This document shows positions 37,811-44,912 of a DNA stretch of 64,000 nucleotides, in pieces (the stretch's first letter is position 1; every line of letters starts with the position of its first letter). The notes under the pieces were generated by a model, which did no database searches, was not told the DNA's origin, and worked only from the letters and a program-made list of their open reading frames with translations. The position numbers were made by a program, and so were the translations under genes. This DNA comes from an uncultured Gammaproteobacteria bacterium (lineage in GTDB: Bacteria > Patescibacteriota > Patescibacteriia > VMEV01 > CAZAJQ01), in contig CAZAJQ010000005.1 in the NCBI GenBank assembly GCA_964485795.1, positions 4,678 through 68,677 of the forward strand, in the 5' to 3' direction.

Positions 37811-39217
37811 ATGTCCATTTCTCTTCTCTCCCTCATTGCCATTGTCTTTCTTTTTCTCTTCTTTTTTGTCGCAAAAAAATCAATTTTCTACGGGATTCTC
37901 CTTATCTCCGCCACCATGCCAAGCTATCTTGTGAGGCTTCATATCGGAACGGTTCCCACGACCTGGCTCGAACTTCAAATCATCATCTTGTTTTTTTTGT
38001 GGATTTTTGAAAAAAAAATAACGCCAAAGGAATTCCTTCGCTTCTTCCTATCCTTGGAAATATGGCCGATATTTCTGCTTCTTTTTTTCGCATCTTCGAT
38101 TTCCGTGCTTTCTTCACCAGACGTACCGGCGGCGCTCGGTATATGGAAAGCCTATTTTCTCGAACCGATGATTTTTCTTCTTATTCTCATTCATACGGTG
38201 AGATTCAAACAAATCCGTCATTTCATGTGGCCGTTTTGCTTTACCGTTTTTTTCATAAGCGTCATCGCATGCTATCAAAAATTGACGGCTTGGAATATAC
38301 CGCTTCCCGAATGGCGGGTAGAAGCCACTCGACGCGTTACGTTTTTTTTCGATTCCCCAAACGCCGTGGGACTTTTACTGGCTCCCATGGTCGCATTTAT
38401 TTTCGCCATCTTTGCGTCTGAAATCCGAACGAATCAATCAAAACCCATTTCAAATCCATGGCAGAGCTTCTATCAGCTCCTCATGCTCGCTTCGATGGTC
38501 ATGGGAGCGCTGGCGATATGGTTTGCAAGATCCCGGGCGGCATTGATTGCCGTCGGAATATCGGCTCTTTTCATCGTATACCATGTCTGGCCAAAAAAAA
38601 TCGTCTTTTCGCTGCTTGCACTCATGCTTGGAATCATCGTTGTCATCACTCCGATACGAAGTGCATTTCTGGATCTCGCGACATTTCAAGTGGCATCGGG
38701 TCGACATCGTCTCATGCTCTATGAAAACACTTGGAACATGTTGAAAGACAACGTTTTTTACGGAGCCGGATTGGCCGGATTCCCATTTTTTTATGATCAG
38801 TATCGAAGCCCAAAGCATACCGAAAAGCTCATTTACCCGCACAATTTTTTTCTCAATTTTTGGAGCGAAACGGGCTTGCTTGGGATGCTCTCCATCACCG
38901 CACTTTTGATGTATTTCTTTTTCATAAGCTTTCAAGAAATTCGAAAAAAAAATCCCGTCGCCATCGCATTGACCTCCTCCATGATGGCGATTCTCATTCA
39001 CGGAATGGTGGATGTTCCGTATTTCAAAAACGATCTCGCTATTCTTTTTTGGCTGATCTATGGGCTGGCTTATATCGTTTGGAAAAATGACCATGCTACA
39101 ATGAGCGAATCAGCCACGCTCCCTCCTCCCCTTGTCACCCTGAGCCTGCCGAAGGGTGTCGAAGGGTCATTTTTTCAAACCAATGCGCATCCTTGCCATC
39201 GAAACATCCTGCGATGA
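37811..39217 (+). CDS. O-antigen ligase (Wzy_C/WaaL) family membrane protein. The C-terminal 30 codons are read through a dispersed repeat element.
   Basis: Polytopic. Wzy_C-like motif YPHNFFLNFWSETGLLGML. The start was moved to the ATG at 37811 because the track ORF start overlaps tRNA-Glu. The tail ...ATLPPPLVTLSLPKGVEGSFF is encoded by repeat 39115-39170. Confidence 0.65.
   Translation: MSISLLSLIAIVFLFLFFFVAKKSIFYGILLISATMPSYLVRLHIGTVPTTWLELQIIILFFLWIFEKKITPKEFLRFFLSLEIWPIFLLLFFASSISVLSSPDVPAALGIWKAYFLEPMIFLLILIHTVRFKQIRHFMWPFCFTVFFISVIACYQKLTAWNIPLPEWRVEATRRVTFFFDSPNAVGLLLAPMVAFIFAIFASEIRTNQSKPISNPWQSFYQLLMLASMVMGALAIWFARSRAALIAVGISALFIVYHVWPKKIVFSLLALMLGIIVVITPIRSAFLDLATFQVASGRHRLMLYENTWNMLKDNVFYGAGLAGFPFFYDQYRSPKHTEKLIYPHNFFLNFWSETGLLGMLSITALLMYFFFISFQEIRKKNPVAIALTSSMMAILIHGMVDVPYFKNDLAILFWLIYGLAYIVWKNDHATMSESATLPPPLVTLSLPKGVEGSFFQTNAHPCHRNILR
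39115..39170. repeat. Dispersed repeat copy (GTCACCCTGAGCCTGCCGAAGGGTG core) spanning the O-antigen ligase 3' end and the tsaD 5' region
   Basis: ccccttgtcaccctgagcctgccgaagggtgtcgaagggtca. Related to 12899-12930 (gtcatcctgagcctgtcgaaggatgac). Confidence 0.55.
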
Positions 39218-40259
39218 AACCGCCGCAAGCCTTCTTTCGGGTAACGAGAAGGGTTTTACGCTGCATTCAAATATCGTCGCTTCGCAATCAAAAATCCATG
39301 AACCGTTTGGCGGGGTGGTTCCGGAAGTCGCGGCTCGCAATCATGTCGAAACGATCATTCCCGTGATAAAAAAAAGCTTGGGAACATGGCCTCTGCAGTC
39401 GCTTGACGCCGTCGCGGTAACGTACGGTCCCGGCTTGCTGCCTTCACTGCTCATCGGAGTCTGGACCGCTTCCGGACTTTCTAAAATGCTTGGTATCCGC
39501 CTTCTCGCCATCAACCACATCGAAGCGCATCTGCTTTCGCCGTTTCTGCAAAAAAACTTCGATATTCATACCATCCCGTCCATGCTGCCCGCTTTGGCTC
39601 TGGTGGTATCCGGAGGACACACCGAGCTGATCCTCGTGAAAAAAATAGGAGTTTACGAAATCATCGGGCACACCCTCGATGATGCGGCCGGAGAATGTTT
39701 TGACAAGGTGGCGAAAATGCTTCATCTCCCCTATCCCGGAGGTCCGGTGATTTCTCGCTTGGCCGAATCAGGAGACAAAAACGCAATCGCGTTTCCCCGA
39801 CCCATGATCGGCGCAAAAAATTTTCATTTTTCATTTTCCGGACTCAAAACCGCCGTGCGATATTTCATCGAAGACAAAAAAACTTTTTTACGAGAAAAAA
39901 GGGGAGTTTTGGATACCGGATTGCAAAAAAGAGAAAAAAAACTTCTCAAAAACATTTGCGCTTCTTTCGAGCAATCGGTGATAGACTGCTTGATCGCAAA
40001 GACGGTGATGGCCGCAAAGACCTATCCCGTTCACTCGATACTCCTCTCGGGAGGCGTCTCGGCAAACAAGGAGCTGAGAAAACAGCTTCGTGAAAGGGTC
40101 AAAAACGAAATCCCACAAAAAACTCCGGCGGTGTTTTTGGCTCCAAAACCATACACCGGCGATAATGCTGCCATGATAGCCTTTTGCGCGTATTTGAAAA
40201 CCTTGCACAAAAATGATTTTCCAAAATCATTTTCAGCCGATCCAAGCCTCACATTGTGA
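39183..40259 (+). CDS. tsaD: tRNA N6-adenosine threonylcarbamoyltransferase TsaD (Kae1/Gcp family)
   Basis: MRILAIETSCDETAASL, GPGLLPSLLIGV, and the HIEAH metal-binding motif. Start chosen at the ATG at 39183. Confidence 0.85.
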   Translation: MRILAIETSCDETAASLLSGNEKGFTLHSNIVASQSKIHEPFGGVVPEVAARNHVETIIPVIKKSLGTWPLQSLDAVAVTYGPGLLPSLLIGVWTASGLSKMLGIRLLAINHIEAHLLSPFLQKNFDIHTIPSMLPALALVVSGGHTELILVKKIGVYEIIGHTLDDAAGECFDKVAKMLHLPYPGGPVISRLAESGDKNAIAFPRPMIGAKNFHFSFSGLKTAVRYFIEDKKTFLREKRGVLDTGLQKREKKLLKNICASFEQSVIDCLIAKTVMAAKTYPVHSILLSGGVSANKELRKQLRERVKNEIPQKTPAVFLAPKPYTGDNAAMIAFCAYLKTLHKNDFPKSFSADPSLTL

Positions 40260-40319
40260 TTCCTCTCCCGCGTCAACGATTGACGCGAGGTCGATCAAGA
40301 ACATTCTTATTCCTTCGCC

Positions 40320-40757
40320 ATGAAAACCTTTTCTTCAAAAGAAACCCTGCTCTGGGCAAAAAAATTCGCAAAGACGCTCTCCGGCGGGCAGATTATCGCG
40401 CTGTCCGGCGATCTTGGAACCGGAAAAACCTTGATAAGCCAAGGGATATTGCGAAGTTTGGGCGTCAAAGACAGTATCTCAAGCCCCACATACACCGTGA
40501 TGAGACACTATAAGATTCACGCCAAGGGTATGAACCAAGCTATCCATGTGGATGCCTATCGGCTCGAAAATGAGAAGGCGCTTGAAACGCTGGGGCTGGA
40601 TGAATGGCTGGACGAAAACACCATCCTTATCATCGAATGGGCGGACAAAATAAAAGCTTATTTGAAAGGAAAAAAGGTTATTTGGATTCATATTGCCGAC
40701 GGAAAGAATCGCAATGAAAGAGTGATTACCGTTGGGTCAAAGGTCATTGAGCAATAA
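40320..40757 (+). CDS. tsaE: tRNA threonylcarbamoyladenosine biosynthesis ATPase TsaE (YjeE)
   Basis: 145 aa. P-loop LSGDLGTGKTLISQG and a conserved SPTYT motif. Confidence 0.8.
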   Translation: MKTFSSKETLLWAKKFAKTLSGGQIIALSGDLGTGKTLISQGILRSLGVKDSISSPTYTVMRHYKIHAKGMNQAIHVDAYRLENEKALETLGLDEWLDENTILIIEWADKIKAYLKGKKVIWIHIADGKNRNERVITVGSKVIEQ

Positions 40758-40857
40758 AAAATGAAAACTTGCGTTATTTTTGAAAATATTGTATAGTTCG
40801 TACTCGTGTAATGATTGTTACTTAAAAAAAATTTCTTTTAAAAGAAGGGAGGCGGCA

Positions 40858-41190
40858 ATGGCAAAGAAAAAACCGAAAAAAAGTTTGAAAAAAAAGCTGA
40901 AACGCAAGTTTCAGCAGGTGCAAAAAAAGTGCGAAAGGTTGAAAAAAAAGATCATCGCTCAGCAGAAAACTCTTGTGAAACGCAACGCGAAAATACAAAA
41001 AAAATTTTCGCAGAATTTTTTTTCTCACCCGAAATTTCTCACTTCTTCAAGTTTGAAGATGAGGTACCGCGCTTACCGCGCTTTGCGGCGGCAGAAACTC
41101 GAGCTGCTTACGAAACTTGGGGAATACAAAACCCGGGAAGCATGTTACTTCCCGCGGGATATGGAAAATAGGACAAAGAAGGCCAAGTAA
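40858..41190 (+). CDS. Lysine/arginine-rich small protein, hypothetical
   Basis: Perfect SD AAGGGAGG 8 nt upstream of the ATG at 40858. The track's longer ORF from 40780 is rejected. Highly basic coiled-coil-like sequence. Confidence 0.5.
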   Translation: MAKKKPKKSLKKKLKRKFQQVQKKCERLKKKIIAQQKTLVKRNAKIQKKFSQNFFSHPKFLTSSSLKMRYRAYRALRRQKLELLTKLGEYKTREACYFPRDMENRTKKAK

Positions 41191-41233
41191 TCGTATCGCT
41201 TGGCTGAAACATTTTTTTTGAAAGGACTTTGAA

Positions 41234-41782
41234 ATGAAGAAGAAAAACACAGTAACTACCGATTCCGGAAAACATATTAAGCTTGATTTTACACGCGATC
41301 CGGAAAGTCTCAAAAAACAACAGGAGATTGAACAATTGGACATGGGTGATTTCATGGACACGGTTTTCGGAAAATCGACTCCCGATCTGGAACAAACCGC
41401 CACCGCTAAGATAAAATCGCCGGCGGCTGATGATCTGGGCAAAACGAAAACAGCTCGGAAAAAAAGAGCATATCCCACAAAAACCTATTCCGAAGGAAAT
41501 TCAAAAAAGCCAATGAAAAAGAAAATCACCTCCGAGCATGACGTATATAAAGAGCTCCATGGGGTGACTGTCAGCATTGTAACTCTTGAATCCAAAGAAA
41601 AGAAAATTGAATCCAATCTCAAAAAGCGAATCGAAAAAATTCGTAAAGAGATGGAAAAACAAATCTCAAAAGCAGAAAAAGAAGCCATGAAGGAGCTGAA
41701 CGGCCTAAAAACCAAGGCCGGAAAAACCAAAAAACAGCTGCTCGCCATGAAAGAGAAGCTGCAAAAAAAACTCAAAAAATAG
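41234..41782 (+). CDS. Lysine-rich coiled-coil protein, hypothetical
   Basis: 182 aa, KE-rich heptad-like C-terminal half. Followed by a terminator hairpin. Confidence 0.5.
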   Translation: MKKKNTVTTDSGKHIKLDFTRDPESLKKQQEIEQLDMGDFMDTVFGKSTPDLEQTATAKIKSPAADDLGKTKTARKKRAYPTKTYSEGNSKKPMKKKITSEHDVYKELHGVTVSIVTLESKEKKIESNLKKRIEKIRKEMEKQISKAEKEAMKELNGLKTKAGKTKKQLLAMKEKLQKKLKK

Positions 41783-41807
41783 CTAAAAATCCCGTTTTCT
41801 TCTCTAC

Positions 41808-41844
41808 AAGAAGTATATTCTCAATAATATACTTCTTTTTTTTT
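41808..41844 (+). terminator. Intrinsic terminator
   Basis: agaagtatat-tctcaataa-tatacttct followed by a T9 run. Confidence 0.6.
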
Positions 41845-41966
41845 GCCTATCGGATGCGAATCTTTTACAATAACTATCATGAATCATTTCAAGAATATGG
41901 GTTTATCGGCATCGACAGAGAGTGATTCTCAAATCATTGACAGCGAGATTTCCTGAATATCACCGT

Positions 41967-42485
41967 ATGACATTTATTCTCTCCGCCCTCTACCTTGCCC
42001 TGCCGGCCTATATCGCCAATATGGCGCCGGTTCTTGCGAAAAAATGGAATCTGCCATTTGGCGCACCGATCTCAAGGAAATGGTTTGGCGCGTCAAAAAC
42101 CTATCGGGGATTCATATTCGGCATTATCGGTGCGATACTCATGGTTTTCTTGCAAAATCTCCTGCTCTCCGTCGATTTTTTTGAAAACCTTTCTCTCATC
42201 GATTATTCAAATAATACCATTTTTTTAGGCTTTCTCTTTGGCTTTGGCGCTTTATTCGGAGATCTGGTCAAATCTTTTTTCAAACGCAGACTGCATCGAC
42301 CTCCGGGATCGCCTTTCGTCCCCTTTGATCAGATGGACTTCATCATCGGCGCCCTGATTCTGATATACTGGTATCAGCCCATTCCCGATGAAATCATCAT
42401 CTTTCTGCTCATCATAACTCCTTTTTTGCATTTTATGGTCAACGTGGTAGGATATTTGCTCAAGATCAAGGATCGATGGTGGTGA
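41967..42485 (+). CDS. CDP-archaeol synthase (CarS)/DUF46-family CTP-transferase-like membrane protein
   Basis: 172 aa from the ATG at 41967. Motifs LPAYIANMAPVL, KTYRGF, FGDLVKSFFKRRL and FDQMDFIIGA resemble the CarS consensus (PAYIANG.PV, KTWRG, GDL.GSFIKRR, DQLDF). Confidence 0.6.
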   Translation: MTFILSALYLALPAYIANMAPVLAKKWNLPFGAPISRKWFGASKTYRGFIFGIIGAILMVFLQNLLLSVDFFENLSLIDYSNNTIFLGFLFGFGALFGDLVKSFFKRRLHRPPGSPFVPFDQMDFIIGALILIYWYQPIPDEIIIFLLIITPFLHFMVNVVGYLLKIKDRWW

Positions 42486-42610
42486 AAAAAAAGGTTCTCA
42501 GCAAAGAACGCCAAACGCAAGTTATAAATATCACCGGCGGGTATGCCCCTCGCATCTCTATAGGCGGCGGGATTGCCCGCCGAAGTTCGCACCTTTTGGG
42601 GCGAACATAG

Positions 42611-42685
42611 GCGGGTATCGTATAGTGGCTATTATGCTAGCCTTCCAAGCTGGAGAGGCGGGTTCGATTCCCGCTACCCGCTCCA
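42611..42685 (+). tRNA. tRNA-Gly (anticodon TCC), 3' CCA encoded
   Basis: GCGGGTATCGTATAGTGGCTATTATGCTAGCCTTCCAAGCTGGAGAGGCGGGTTCGATTCCCGCTACCCGCTCCA. Anticodon loop CTTCCAA. Confidence 0.8.
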
Positions 42686-42742
42686 AAGTTGTAAATTTCA
42701 GTTTTTATTTTCTTTTTTTCACTGTATCATGATTTGATCGAC

Positions 42743-42772
42743 AAAAAAATCTCGGCAATCCCGAGTTTTTTT
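42743..42772 (+). terminator. Intrinsic (bidirectional-looking) terminator after tRNA-Gly
   Basis: aaaaaaat-ctcggcaatcccgag-ttttttt. Confidence 0.55.
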
Positions 42773-42844
42773 GTTTCATACGTAACTTTGATGATTCTAT
42801 GATTCCTTCCAAACTCATTTTATACCATGATTTTCAAATTTTAC

Positions 42845-42872
42845 TTGACATTTCCAGCTGCTTTATTATATT
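42845..42872 (+). promoter_or_regulatory. Near-consensus sigma70 promoter
   Basis: TTGACA-N16-TATATT. About 85 nt upstream of the ATG at 42960, which has an AAAGGAG SD. Confidence 0.5.
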
Positions 42873-42959
42873 GTCACTCGAATCATCAATGTTTTTTTTA
42901 AAAAAAAGTTGTGAAATTCGGATTGTTCTTAAAATATTTTTTCTCAAAGGAGAAATGCC

Positions 42960-43652
42960 ATGAACGTAAAAATACTCGTACATGTGGGGATAAATATCCC
43001 ACCGACTGCAGAAATGGATCATCATTTTGCTGCTATTAAGTATAGATGGAAAAAAATACATACCGATTACAGAATCATGCAACTAGGAGGAGGAAATGTT
43101 CTCTATATGATTACCTGTACCATACAATCAAAAAATGTATGTTCAAATGTTACCCCAGCCGATCATGATATCGTGTATGACCTGAGCAATGAGCAAGTGA
43201 AGATGTTCCCAACCCCAATAGATATGGGGCAACTTAACAAACGGGCTCAGAAAGTTATAAAAAAACTCGATATCAAAACAGTGGGGCAGCTCTACTGCAG
43301 AGGAGAGTTTTATCTCTTGGAAACCCCTTATTGCGGCTTCGATACTGTATTACGGCTCAAATTCCTACTTGAAAAGTGTGATCTCGCCTTACCTTGGATG
43401 GTAACATCGATTCATAGAGGACTCTATCCCCCATTCGCACTTCTTCACCAAGAATTCAATCATGCAGAGCTTAGTTCTAGCGCACAAAAAAATCTTTCTC
43501 GATTAAAGATAAAAAATCTTGGGGATTATTTAATGCGTCCCCCTTCTTTATTTCTCAAGAATAGAAAACATGATGTAATCGATGAATTGGATCAGTATGT
43601 ATGGCGTTATGGACTCGGAAGAACTCCTAGAGAATATGAAATGGCACCTTGA
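42960..43652 (+). CDS. Hypothetical protein with two tandem RpoA-C-terminal-domain-like helix-hairpin-helix motifs. AT-rich, atypical codon usage.
   Basis: KRAQKVIKKLDIKTVGQLYCRGEFYLLETPYCGFDTVLRLKFLLEKCDL and SAQKNLSRLKIKNLGDYLMRPPSLFL resemble the alpha-CTD pattern R..N.L...GI.T.GDL.......LL..PN.G.KS. Uses ATA/TTA/AGA codons, unlike its neighbours. Confidence 0.55.
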   Translation: MNVKILVHVGINIPPTAEMDHHFAAIKYRWKKIHTDYRIMQLGGGNVLYMITCTIQSKNVCSNVTPADHDIVYDLSNEQVKMFPTPIDMGQLNKRAQKVIKKLDIKTVGQLYCRGEFYLLETPYCGFDTVLRLKFLLEKCDLALPWMVTSIHRGLYPPFALLHQEFNHAELSSSAQKNLSRLKIKNLGDYLMRPPSLFLKNRKHDVIDELDQYVWRYGLGRTPREYEMAP

Positions 43653-43690
43653 TGGAAAATAAAAAAGAATAACATTTACTTGAGATTCAT

Positions 43691-43724
43691 AAAAAAGGAA
43701 ATTCATAATAGTTTCCTTTTTTTT
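43691..43724 (+). terminator. Intrinsic terminator
   Basis: aaaaaaggaaa-ttcataatag-tttcctttttttt. Confidence 0.55.
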
Positions 43725-43852
43725 ATTACTCATGATCGATTCATGACAAAAAGCTCTTTCATCCGATTCTTTTTTTCTCACTCCTCTTCTATAATGATCG
43801 CAAGAATCAATACGCGCATTGATATTCTATTCATTCAAGCATTCCCATTCCT

Positions 43853-44794
43853 ATGCAAAACTTCAAGAAACCCCTTCTTCAATGGTTCCAAGAATTCGGA
43901 CGCCGTGAGCTTCCTTGGAGAAAAAAAGACATCACGCCTTATGAAGTCTGGGTCAGTGAAATCATGCTGCAGCAAACCCAAGTTTCTCGCGTCATAGGAT
44001 ATTATGACCGTTTCATAGAGCGATTCCCCGACATCTTTTCTCTCGCGAAAAGCGATTGGAGTGATTTTCTCCCTTATTATCAGGGGCTCGGCTACTATCG
44101 TCGAGGAAGAAACATGCTTGAAACCGCAAAAACACTCGTGGCAAATCATGGAGGAAAATTTCCAAAAAATAAGATACTCCTCTCAAAGCTTCCGGGCATC
44201 GGCGAATACACGGCCTGCGCCATTTTGAGCTTTGGGTACGGATTGCCGCATATCGCCTTTGACACGAATGTAAAAAAAGTCATTGCACGCTATCTGTATG
44301 GAACCAGGTTTGCAACTCTCGATAATGAAAGCGTTCAAAAAAAAATCGGCTCATCGGCTCCCTCCATCAATGCCGCCATCATGGACCTCGCAAATCTTGT
44401 TTGTATGGCGAAACCTCGCTGCGAGGATTGCCCCATACGCAGGCATTGCGAGTACAATCGTCAGCTCGGTATCAATGAAATAAGGCCAAAACCTCTCATC
44501 ACTCGAAAATTTCCCATGAAGAAGGCCCATGTATGCCTCTTTCTCCACGAAAATCACAAGAAATATTTCAGTAAAAATGATAAGAAATTTGAGCCTTTCA
44601 AGCTTCCCCCTTCAATGAATACCCGCGAGCGGCTCAAGCGGTATTTTCTCGAAACCTTCGGGCTGAATCTCTCCATCCGCCCCCCTCATAAAAAAATCCT
44701 TCTCCGAGGCCTCCCCACCCTTTTCATCAACGCTCAAATTCTTTCCGGGAACCATCATTTTTTTGAATATCCAGCAGGGGCTGTAAAAAAATAA
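43853..44794 (+). CDS. mutY: HhH-GPD superfamily adenine DNA glycosylase (MutY-like) with a 4Fe-4S cluster loop
   Basis: LLQWFQEFGRRELPWR, VWVSEIMLQQTQV, the HhH LPGIGEYTA, and the cluster Cys motif CMAKPRCEDCPIRRHC. The C-terminal region is divergent (no clear NUDIX-like domain). Confidence 0.7.
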   Translation: MQNFKKPLLQWFQEFGRRELPWRKKDITPYEVWVSEIMLQQTQVSRVIGYYDRFIERFPDIFSLAKSDWSDFLPYYQGLGYYRRGRNMLETAKTLVANHGGKFPKNKILLSKLPGIGEYTACAILSFGYGLPHIAFDTNVKKVIARYLYGTRFATLDNESVQKKIGSSAPSINAAIMDLANLVCMAKPRCEDCPIRRHCEYNRQLGINEIRPKPLITRKFPMKKAHVCLFLHENHKKYFSKNDKKFEPFKLPPSMNTRERLKRYFLETFGLNLSIRPPHKKILLRGLPTLFINAQILSGNHHFFEYPAGAVKK

Positions 44795-44912
44795 GCTGCC
44801 AATATTCTTTCTAATCTCATGGCGGCACTCATCATGACCTGAAAGTTATGATGAAGTTGCGTCAAATGGTGCGCTTTGAATCAAGTCGCTGGGTATAAAA
44901 TTCGTTTTATCA

